Below are positions 48,313 through 56,143 of a DNA stretch of 64,000 nt, in pieces. The position numbers were made by a program, and so were the translations under genes. Under the pieces are notes generated by a model. That model saw only the letters and a list, made by a program, of their open reading frames with translations, was not told where the DNA came from and ran no database searches. Where the stretch lies: NCBI GenBank assembly GCA_963674965.2, contig CAXXFL010000003.1, forward strand, positions 64,001-128,000, given 5' to 3'. Origin of the DNA: a bacterium (lineage in GTDB: Bacteria > RBG-13-61-14 > DATKZS01). How positions within the stretch are numbered: position 1 is the first letter of the stretch; every line of letters begins with the position of its first letter.

Positions 48313-50013
48313 ATGACCGAGAGCGCCTATCTGGGAGAATTACTGGTCAAGGAGGGCCTGGTCGACGAGACCCAGCTCGAGAAGGCCCTGGCCCACCAGC
48401 GGGACGAGGGCGGCAAGATCGGCGAGATACTGATCGAGCAGGGGGCCATTACCGCCGACGACCTCTATCCCGTGCTTTCCAGGCAGCTCGGGGTCAGGTA
48501 TGAAAGGGAACTTTCCGGGCGCGAGCTCGAGGCCGAGCTGGTAAGGGGCATACCCATCCAGTTCGCCAAGACCCACGGGATAGTGCCGGTCAAGCGCGTC
48601 AACGGCCTGGTCGAGGTCGCGACCTCGGACCCCCTCAACTTCTTCGCCATCGAGGACGTCAAGAACATACTCCGCTCCGAGATCGAGACGATACTCACGC
48701 CGCCCCAGGCGGTGATCGAGTTCATCAACCGGCTCTACGACCGGGCCTCGGTGAGCGCGGAGGGGGTGATGGGGGACCTGGCCAACAACGACCTGAGCCT
48801 CATCGCCCAGGAGCTCGAGGAACCCGAGGACCTGCTCGACGCGGACGACGAGGCGCCCATCATCAGGCTGGTCAACTCCCTTCTCTTCCAGAGCGTCAAG
48901 GAAAGGGCCTCGGACATCCACATCGAGCCGCGCGAGAAGGACCTGGTGGTGCGCTTTCGGATCGACGGGGTGCTCTACGAGATACTCAGGCCCCCGCGCC
49001 ACTTCCAGAACTCGATCACCTCCCGCGTCAAGATCATGGGCGGTCTCAACATAGCCGAGAAGCGGCTTCCCCAGGACGGCCGCATCAGGATCAAGGTGGC
49101 GGGCAAGGACGTGGACATAAGGCTGTCCACCGTTCCCACCTCCCACGGCGAGCGCATCGTCATGAGGCTCCTGGACAGGGCCACCGTGCTCCTGTCCGTG
49201 GACCAGCTCGGGTTCGACTCGAGCCAGCGGACCGTGTTCAACGACCTTATTCACCGCACCCACGGGATCATCCTGGTCACCGGGCCCACCGGCTCGGGCA
49301 AGACCACGACGCTTTACGCGGCCCTCAACCAGATCAACCAGCCCGACAAGAACATCATCACCATCGAGGACCCGGTCGAGTACCAGCTCGAGGGCATCAG
49401 CCAGATTCAGGTCAACTCGAAGATCAACCTGACCTTCGCCAACGGGCTTCGGTCCATCGTGCGCCAGGACCCCGACGTGGTGCTGGTGGGCGAGATACGA
49501 GACACCGAGACCGCCGAGATCGCCATCCAGGCGTCCCTTACCGGACACCTCGTGTTCAGCACCCTGCACACCAACGACGCGCCCAGCGCCGTCACCAGGC
49601 TGGTGGACATGGGCATCGAGCCCTTCCTTATCTCCAGCTCCCTCATGGCCTCACTGGCCCAGAGGCTGGTAAGGGTACTGTGCGCCCAGTGCAAGGCGCC
49701 CGATCAGCCCGACCTTGCCACCCTCGAGATCATCGACATGCTCGATAAAAAGGAGGCCAACTTCTATAAGCCCGAGGGATGCCCCGTTTGCCTCCAGACC
49801 GGCTACGTGGGCCGGAGCGCCGTGTACGAGCTGATGCTGGTGGACGACCGCATCCGGGAGCTGATCAACCGGAACGCCGACAGCAACGCCATCAAGAAGG
49901 CGGCCCGCGAGGGCGGGATGCTCACGCTCAGGGAGGACGCCGCCCGAAAGGCCCTGTCCGGCCTGACCTCCCTCTCCGAGGTGGTCAGGGTCACCCAGGA
50001 GGACATACTGTGA
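48313..50013 (+). CDS. gspE: Type II secretion ATPase GspE with MshEN-like N-terminus
   Basis: ASDIHIEP, IAEKRLPQDGR, GPTGSGKTTT, TIEDPVEY, RQDPDV.LVGEIRD, GHLVFSTLHTND, CxxC..CxxC. Confidence 0.97.
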   Translation: MTESAYLGELLVKEGLVDETQLEKALAHQRDEGGKIGEILIEQGAITADDLYPVLSRQLGVRYERELSGRELEAELVRGIPIQFAKTHGIVPVKRVNGLVEVATSDPLNFFAIEDVKNILRSEIETILTPPQAVIEFINRLYDRASVSAEGVMGDLANNDLSLIAQELEEPEDLLDADDEAPIIRLVNSLLFQSVKERASDIHIEPREKDLVVRFRIDGVLYEILRPPRHFQNSITSRVKIMGGLNIAEKRLPQDGRIRIKVAGKDVDIRLSTVPTSHGERIVMRLLDRATVLLSVDQLGFDSSQRTVFNDLIHRTHGIILVTGPTGSGKTTTLYAALNQINQPDKNIITIEDPVEYQLEGISQIQVNSKINLTFANGLRSIVRQDPDVVLVGEIRDTETAEIAIQASLTGHLVFSTLHTNDAPSAVTRLVDMGIEPFLISSSLMASLAQRLVRVLCAQCKAPDQPDLATLEIIDMLDKKEANFYKPEGCPVCLQTGYVGRSAVYELMLVDDRIRELINRNADSNAIKKAAREGGMLTLREDAARKALSGLTSLSEVVRVTQEDIL

Positions 50014-50061
50014 CCGGGCGGCGGCTAACCCTCTAAGCGCCCTTAACGGAAAAGGAAGACC

Positions 50062-51291
50062 ATGCCCGTATACGCCTACAAGGGAGTAAACGCCAGGGAG
50101 AAAAAGGTCAGCGGCATCGTCGACGCGGACAGCGCCAAGGCCGCCCGCCAGAAGCTCCGCAAGATGCAGGTATATCCGCTCGAGCTGACCGAGACGGTGG
50201 AAAAACAAAAGCCGTCCTCCCGTATCGGCCAGGCCCTGTCCCTCTCGGGAGGCGTGTCCTCCAAGGACCTGGCCGCCACCACCCGCCAGCTGGCAACCCT
50301 GGTGGGGGCACAGCTTCCCCTGGTCCAGTGCCTCGGCGCCCTGGTCGACCAGGTCGAGGACCCCAAGTTCAAAAACGTTCTGGCCGAGACCCGCGAGGCC
50401 GTCAACGAGGGAGCGTCCCTCGCCGACGCCATGGGCGCCTACCCCAAGATTTTCTCCGACCTGTACGTGAACATGATACGGTCGGGAGAACAGTCGGGCG
50501 CCCTCGACGTGGTGCTCCAGAGGCTGGCCGACTTCACCGAGGCCCAGGCCGACCTGAAGAACAAGGTCCTGTTCGCCATGATTTATCCCACGGTGGTTAT
50601 GGGCATCATGGCGATAGTCGTGGCGGTCATGTTCAAATTCGTTATCCCGAAAATTACCATTATCTTCGAGCAGACCAAACAGACCCTGCCCATTATTACC
50701 CGCGTTGTAATAGGGTTGTCGGATTTCCTTAAAGGGCCCGGAGGTCTTTTGGTCCTCGTCGTTTTAATCGGCTCCTTTTTTGGAATGCGCTATTACGTAA
50801 GGACCCCCTCGGGCAGGGAGTGGTGGCATAACTTCCTTTTGAAGCTGCCGGTTATTGGAAAGATAACCAGGAACATCGCCATAAGCCGCTTCTGCAAGAC
50901 CCTCTCGACCCTGCTTCTGTCCGGAGTACCTCTGCTTCGGGCCATGGAGATAGTCGAGAAAGTGGTGAGCAACGAGGTGCTGGCTCAGGCCATCCACACG
51001 GCCAGGGAAAACATCACGGAGGGCGCGTCCATCGCCGACCCCTTAAAGGCCAGCGGAGTATTCCCGCCCTTCGTGATCCAGATGATCGCCTCGGGGGAGC
51101 AGTCGGGCGAACTCGAGTTTATGCTCGAGAAGGTGTCCGAGGCCTTCGACCGTGAGGTCGAGTACGCCGTGGACGGGCTGACCAAAATCATCGAGCCGGT
51201 GATGATCCTGTTCCTGGCCGGCATGGTCGTGATCGTGATAGTCTCGTTTCTGTTGCCCATCCTGGACCTCACTTCGGGATTGGGATTCTGA
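50062..51291 (+). CDS. gspF: Type II secretion inner membrane protein GspF
   Basis: TRQLATL, GEQSGAL, YP, L.TLL.SGVPL, M..SGEQSGEL, IEP. Confidence 0.96.
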   Translation: MPVYAYKGVNAREKKVSGIVDADSAKAARQKLRKMQVYPLELTETVEKQKPSSRIGQALSLSGGVSSKDLAATTRQLATLVGAQLPLVQCLGALVDQVEDPKFKNVLAETREAVNEGASLADAMGAYPKIFSDLYVNMIRSGEQSGALDVVLQRLADFTEAQADLKNKVLFAMIYPTVVMGIMAIVVAVMFKFVIPKITIIFEQTKQTLPIITRVVIGLSDFLKGPGGLLVLVVLIGSFFGMRYYVRTPSGREWWHNFLLKLPVIGKITRNIAISRFCKTLSTLLLSGVPLLRAMEIVEKVVSNEVLAQAIHTARENITEGASIADPLKASGVFPPFVIQMIASGEQSGELEFMLEKVSEAFDREVEYAVDGLTKIIEPVMILFLAGMVVIVIVSFLLPILDLTSGLGF

Positions 51292-51329
51292 TAGTCAAAG
51301 CATGGTCGGCGATAATTCCCGTTGCCCCT

Positions 51330-51358
51330 TTGATTGGGCTCGTTCAAGCCTGTAGAAT
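51330..51358 (+). promoter_or_regulatory. Internal sigma-70 promoter upstream of gspG
   Basis: TTGATT-N17-TAGAAT in the gspF-gspG gap. Confidence 0.6.
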
Positions 51359-51466
51359 CTTAATGGGGGCAAAAGCGTCCGCGGCGGCTTGGGGACGCCG
51401 GAACACAAATGGACGATAAGCATCTAAATAATATATCCGTCATTAAGTCCCATAAGGAGGGTGAAA

Positions 51467-51982
51467 ATGGAAAGCTTGGACACGGTCACCCCTGAGATTA
51501 TCGAAGACAGGGAAGAAGCAATAAACGGAGAACGCCAAAAGGAAAGAAAAGACAAGGATCAAAGCGGTTTTACTCTTATCGAGATCATGGTGGTGGTTAT
51601 GATCATTGGCCTTTTGGCCGGGCTGGTCGGGGCCAGGATATGGCAATACATTGGACCGGCCAAACAAAACGCCGCCAAGGCCCAAATAATGAATTTTAAA
51701 ACCAGTCTTGATAAGTATTACATGGACAATGGAAGGTATCCAACCACGGAGCAAGGACTTCAGGCGCTGGTGGAGAAACCAGCCGGTTTTCCCGAGCCGA
51801 AAAACTATGACCCCGACGGATACTTGGATTCAATTCCTCTCGACCCATGGGGATACGAGTATGTGTATTTCAGTCCCGGCGTGCAGGGTGGGAAATACTC
51901 CCTCGAGAGCTATGGCGCCGACGGAGTCGACGGCGGAGAAGGAGAGGACGCGGATATCGAAAGCTGGAACATGAGCAATTGA
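51467..51982 (+). CDS. gspG: Major pseudopilin GspG
   Basis: TAAGGAGG SD; G|FTLIEIMVV prepilin motif; YYMDNGRYPTTEQGLQAL, DPWG..Y.Y.SPG, SYGADG..GGEGEDADI. Confidence 0.97.
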   Translation: MESLDTVTPEIIEDREEAINGERQKERKDKDQSGFTLIEIMVVVMIIGLLAGLVGARIWQYIGPAKQNAAKAQIMNFKTSLDKYYMDNGRYPTTEQGLQALVEKPAGFPEPKNYDPDGYLDSIPLDPWGYEYVYFSPGVQGGKYSLESYGADGVDGGEGEDADIESWNMSN

Positions 51983-52603
51983 TTGCCTCGTTTCTCCCCG
52001 TTTAAAAAGGGAAATAAAATCTTTCCAACGCCAAAACCGCCTTTATTAGATAATTCAGCGCCGCGGCCCGGCGCGAAGGGCGGCTTTACCCTTATCGAGA
52101 TCATGGTCGTGCTGCTGATCATCGGGATCGTGGCCGGGATGGTGGCCATGCAGGTGACGACCACGGACGGGGTATACCTTCGGTCCACCGCCCGGAACCT
52201 GGTGGGCACGGTGCGCCTGACCTACAGCGTGGCCGCCCTTAACCGTAGGCCCTACCGCCTGGCCTTCGACCTGGAGAACCAACTTGTCTGGCTCGAGACC
52301 AAACAAGGCAAGGATTACGTCAAGGTCGATGAGGAGGGCCTGGGCGAGCGGGTCATCCCGGACCCGGTCTATATCAAGCGGATCGAGGTAATGGACCGGG
52401 TTTGCGAGGACTACTGCGTCGAGTATATATATTTCACTCCGGGCGGCTACGTGGAGGAGGCGTCCATATACCTGGCCGTTGGCCCCGAGGAGGAGGCAAG
52501 GACCATCACCATATTCACCCGGTCCATGACCGGCCGGGCCGTCATAGTGATGGAGGAGATATCCCGTGAGGACTGGGAAAATGAAGAGAAAGCCGCCCGC
52601 TGA
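51983..52603 (+). CDS. gspH: Minor pseudopilin GspH
   Basis: G|FTLIEIMVV motif; FTPGG; position after gspG; TTG start is uncertain. Confidence 0.8.
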   Translation: MPRFSPFKKGNKIFPTPKPPLLDNSAPRPGAKGGFTLIEIMVVLLIIGIVAGMVAMQVTTTDGVYLRSTARNLVGTVRLTYSVAALNRRPYRLAFDLENQLVWLETKQGKDYVKVDEEGLGERVIPDPVYIKRIEVMDRVCEDYCVEYIYFTPGGYVEEASIYLAVGPEEEARTITIFTRSMTGRAVIVMEEISREDWENEEKAAR

Positions 52604-52991
52604 ATTCGGCTTCACTCTCGTCGAGGTCGTGATCGCCATCGCGATCCTGGCCCTCGTTCTCGTTCCGCTTCTGGGCAGCGTCTCCCACGGTCTCAAAACG
52701 GTAAGGATGGCCAAGACCAGGTCGGTGGCCTTCCGGCTGGCCCAGGACAAGATGGCCGAGATCGAGATGCTTCCCGTGCCGGACGCGGAGGGGACCGAGA
52801 GCGGCGACTTTGGCGACGAGTATCCCGACTACAGGTGGGAGATCGAGGCGATCAAGAGTCCGGAGCTGCAGGAGATGGAGACTTACCTTCCCAGCCTCGT
52901 GGCCATGGAGGTCCACCTTTCCGTGTTCTGGCAAGAGGGGGAGGCGGAAAAAAGCATCCGCCTCAGCACCCTCCTGATGGGTACGCAATGA
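52581..52991 (+). CDS. gspI: Minor pseudopilin GspI
   Basis: G|FTLVEVVIAIAI; A..LAQ.KM.E; GDF..YRW. Confidence 0.82.
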   Translation: MKRKPPAEFGFTLVEVVIAIAILALVLVPLLGSVSHGLKTVRMAKTRSVAFRLAQDKMAEIEMLPVPDAEGTESGDFGDEYPDYRWEIEAIKSPELQEMETYLPSLVAMEVHLSVFWQEGEAEKSIRLSTLLMGTQ

Positions 52992-53722
52992 AGTCCGATT
53001 TTCATATGGCGGGCGGGAGCGGCGGGTCTTCGGGTTTCACCCTCATCGAGGTCCTGGTGGCGGTGGCCCTGACCAGCCTGTGCGTGGCCTTGGTGGCCAT
53101 AAGCTTCGGCGCGACCTTCCGGGCGCATCAGAGGGCGCGCGAGTACATGGACCTCCTCCAGGTGCAGACCGAGAGCCTCGAGCGTCTCCGGACCCTGCTC
53201 CAGTCGGCGTATCTGTCCCACCACGCCATGAACCAGATTTACACTCCCTTCGAGACCATGGACATGGACAACCTGTCCAGTCCCTACGACGCCGTCACCT
53301 TTACGACCCTGGCCTATACGACCTATAAGATCGACGCCAAGGAGGCGGACATGGCGGAGATGACCATCTTCGCGGAGGACGAGCCGCCGCTCGAGGCCGA
53401 TGGGGAAAGGCTCGAGCTGAAGCGTCTGCGGGTCAGGGTCGGAGGGGAGATCAACGACCGCTTCGAGGTGGAGGGCGGCTTGGTGTACACTTTGGCCGAC
53501 CACGTGACCGAGTTCTATCTCGAGTACTTAAACGAGTTCGGGGAATGGAAGCCCGAGTGGGTGCCCATCGACCACGACCCCTACAGCCTTCCCTGCGCCG
53601 TCCGGGTCACCCTCGGGCTTCGGGGAGACGAACTGGGGGAGGAAAAAGCCTCCATCATCGTGCCCTTCGAGATGACCAAGCTAACCTGCCGGTTCGAGGA
53701 CGAGAGGCCCTTCGAGCAATGA
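52988..53722 (+). CDS. gspJ: Minor pseudopilin GspJ
   Basis: G|FTLIEVLVAV; C-terminal W..EW..LP.AVRVTL; ATGA overlap with gspI. Confidence 0.82.
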   Translation: MKSDFHMAGGSGGSSGFTLIEVLVAVALTSLCVALVAISFGATFRAHQRAREYMDLLQVQTESLERLRTLLQSAYLSHHAMNQIYTPFETMDMDNLSSPYDAVTFTTLAYTTYKIDAKEADMAEMTIFAEDEPPLEADGERLELKRLRVRVGGEINDRFEVEGGLVYTLADHVTEFYLEYLNEFGEWKPEWVPIDHDPYSLPCAVRVTLGLRGDELGEEKASIIVPFEMTKLTCRFEDERPFEQ

Positions 53723-55008
53723 GACCCTCGCGCCCGACCCAGGCCGGCCAACCCCGGGGACCCCAAGGGGTAGCCCTTATAATCGTGCTCCTCATGCTCA
53801 CCATCCTGAGCGTTCTTACCGTCGAGTTCCTCTCCGAGGTCAGGATACAAACCATCGTCGTCCATAACCACGAGTCCAGGATCAAGGCCAGGTACGTGGC
53901 CAGGGCGGGAAAGAACGCGGGGGAGGGACTTATCAAAATCACCAACCCCGAGAACGAGATGTTCAACAACGCCATGATCCAGCTCTTCCGCTACAAGTGC
54001 TACTCTTCGCCGCTCTCCACCGGGCTTGGCCTTACCACCGAGCCGGAAAGGGAGAAGCCGGAGACGGAGCCGGACGCGGCCGAGCCCGAGACCGATGAAA
54101 CGCCCGATACCATGGACGGATGCGGGGCCTGGAGCCTGGGCATCCCCTACGCCCTCGAGGACACCTGGGTGGACCTGGAAATTTCCGACGAGCAGGCGAA
54201 GATAAACGTGAACGCCCTGGCCCAGGTCTCGACCGAAAACGAGGAGGGCGAGGCGGTGATGACCCGGAACATGCTCGTCCATTACATGCTCTACGAGCTT
54301 TTCGTCTACGAGATAGTCAAGCACGAGATAGACATGAGCGACTTCGAGGTGGCCAGGATGCTCGATCAGCTCTGGGACTATATGGACCACGGCATGGTGG
54401 ACCAGGGATTCGACAGCGACGGCCTTAACTACTTCGAGTACGAGGACCGGATAATCCCCATGAAGAACGGGTACCTGGACACCATCGAGGAACTAAGGTA
54501 CCTGCCGGACATGAACGACGAGCTCTTCGACGCGGTCAAGGACTTCCTGACGGTGTATCCCATGGCCGCGAACAACAGGTTCGAGTACAAGATCAACGTG
54601 AACGCGGCCCCCGTCGAGGTCCTCTACGCGGTGATCCGGGTGGGCAGCTACGACCTTTTAGCCGGGGAGCCGACCATAGCGCCCGAGACGGCCCTCCAGT
54701 ACGCCACGCAAATGGTGCAGACGGCCCATGAGGGACAGACCCAATCGGCGGGATCGGCCACTGGACTGGAGGCCGCCCTGGCCGCCGGGACCGATATAAG
54801 CGTTCCCATCTACAAGCGGGAATGGCCCGCCGAGCTCAGCTCGACGCCCAACCTCAACAACCTGAAGCTTTCCCAGCTTTCCTATCCCAGGTTCTTCACC
54901 ATCACCTCGTCGGCCGAGATGGAGGACGGAATCTCGACCACGATCCTCGAGGTGGTGAAGATCGATACCAGCAAAAAAATCGAAACCCTCTATTACAAGG
55001 AACTGTAG
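53719..55008 (+). CDS. gspK: Minor pseudopilin GspK
   Basis: G|VALIIVL (no Glu5, as in GspK); DEQAKINVN, DYMD, KNG..TIEEL, LTVY, KINVNAAP.EVL; ATGA overlap with gspJ. Confidence 0.9.
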   Translation: MRPSRPTQAGQPRGPQGVALIIVLLMLTILSVLTVEFLSEVRIQTIVVHNHESRIKARYVARAGKNAGEGLIKITNPENEMFNNAMIQLFRYKCYSSPLSTGLGLTTEPEREKPETEPDAAEPETDETPDTMDGCGAWSLGIPYALEDTWVDLEISDEQAKINVNALAQVSTENEEGEAVMTRNMLVHYMLYELFVYEIVKHEIDMSDFEVARMLDQLWDYMDHGMVDQGFDSDGLNYFEYEDRIIPMKNGYLDTIEELRYLPDMNDELFDAVKDFLTVYPMAANNRFEYKINVNAAPVEVLYAVIRVGSYDLLAGEPTIAPETALQYATQMVQTAHEGQTQSAGSATGLEAALAAGTDISVPIYKREWPAELSSTPNLNNLKLSQLSYPRFFTITSSAEMEDGISTTILEVVKIDTSKKIETLYYKEL

Positions 55009-55024
55009 GCCGGCCCGGCGGAGT

Positions 55025-55780
55025 TTATTCTCCTCTCCATACCGTCCTTTGGTGCTCGCCGGGGGGAAGGGAGAAGTCCTTTTTAATCTCGCGCCAGGAC
55101 TGGTAGCGGCTGATGGTGTCAAGACTGGCGATGGTGGGAGGGATCATTCTCCAGTCGCCTTGCTTCCACCTGGCGATGGCCTCCTCCGGCTTGCACCAGA
55201 CTTCCTCGGCCACCTCCTCCCGGAAGGGGGTCGGCTCCTGGCCCTCCGGCTTTCTGGCCACGAAAAAATGCGTCGAGAACCGCCTCGGGCTGGTGGCCGG
55301 CGTGACCCAATGGGCGAACCATAAAAGACGGGACGGGTCGATGAAAAGCCTCTCCTGCTCCAAAATGGCGCTGAAGGCTATCCGGTCCTTTTGAAGCAGG
55401 TCGCGTTTTTTCTCGAGCCCTTCAAGGCGCGACGGGGCGGGAGACTCGAGGACCTCCCCCGAGCCGTTGGCCGCGAGCAATATGCCGGACTCCTCGAAAA
55501 GCTCGCGCGCTCCCGCCACGAAAAAACCCATGGCCCGGTGATGGTCGGCTACTCCGTCCATGCGCCCGGCCGCCTCCTCCGGGGAAAGGGAGCGGCAGCG
55601 CTCGAACATGGACTCGTCCCGGTCGGACTCGTCCACCTTGCCGCCGGGAAAAACGTAATAGCCGCCCAGGAAGGGCAGGTACCCCTGCCGCTTGGTCATG
55701 TATACCTCGAGTCCGCCGGCGGATTCGCGAAGCAGTATCACGGTGGCCGCGTCCTCTGGTTCAACCGGTTCGAATGGCAT
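55025..55780 (-). CDS. NUDIX hydrolase (Nudt19-like, putative acyl-CoA diphosphatase)
   Basis: AATVILLR, YVFPGGKVD, ARELFEESG, HWVTP..RRFSTHFF, PPT. Confidence 0.88.
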   Translation of the reverse strand: MPFEPVEPEDAATVILLRESAGGLEVYMTKRQGYLPFLGGYYVFPGGKVDESDRDESMFERCRSLSPEEAAGRMDGVADHHRAMGFFVAGARELFEESGILLAANGSGEVLESPAPSRLEGLEKKRDLLQKDRIAFSAILEQERLFIDPSRLLWFAHWVTPATSPRRFSTHFFVARKPEGQEPTPFREEVAEEVWCKPEEAIARWKQGDWRMIPPTIASLDTISRYQSWREIKKDFSLPPGEHQRTVWRGE

Positions 55781-55898
55781 GATAATTTTTCTTCTCCGCT
55801 CGCGTCGCGGGTCACGCCCGCTTCATATTATGCTACTATCGCCTCCGGGTCCGGTCAATTTAAGGATTCGGCTCGACGCGTAATCGAACAAGGGGTGG

Positions 55899-55927
55899 TT
55901 TAAACCTTGCCCGGTTCATGCTAACAT
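55899..55927 (+). promoter_or_regulatory. Candidate promoter for the large TPR gene
   Basis: TTTAAA-N17-TAACAT with TG extension. Confidence 0.4.
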
Positions 55928-56143
55928 AAATCGCTAAACTTAAATTCGTATATCGGTGGCTGAAAGGAGCGACCGCGGGTTTCCCGGACGGAAGTCCAGG
56001 CGATAGATCGATTTGCCGGGGGAAAAATATCCCGGCCAAGTCGCGTGAATTTTTACAGGGGGACGATTCCCCGCCCTTTCTCCAGATATATGAATTATTT
56101 TGAATGGTTAGACAACGTTTATTCGTCACGGAGGCCCAGTGAA

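Noticed and set aside
45300..49569. Long minus-strand ORFs (519, 427 and 409 aa) opposite gspC/D/E
   Set aside because: Antisense frames with no motifs, explained by codon bias of the real genes
55950..56000. GGAGCGACC resembling part of a ZTP riboswitch
   Set aside because: The upstream GACUGGCG and downstream CGCCUGGGC elements are absent, and the downstream gene is not purine/folate related
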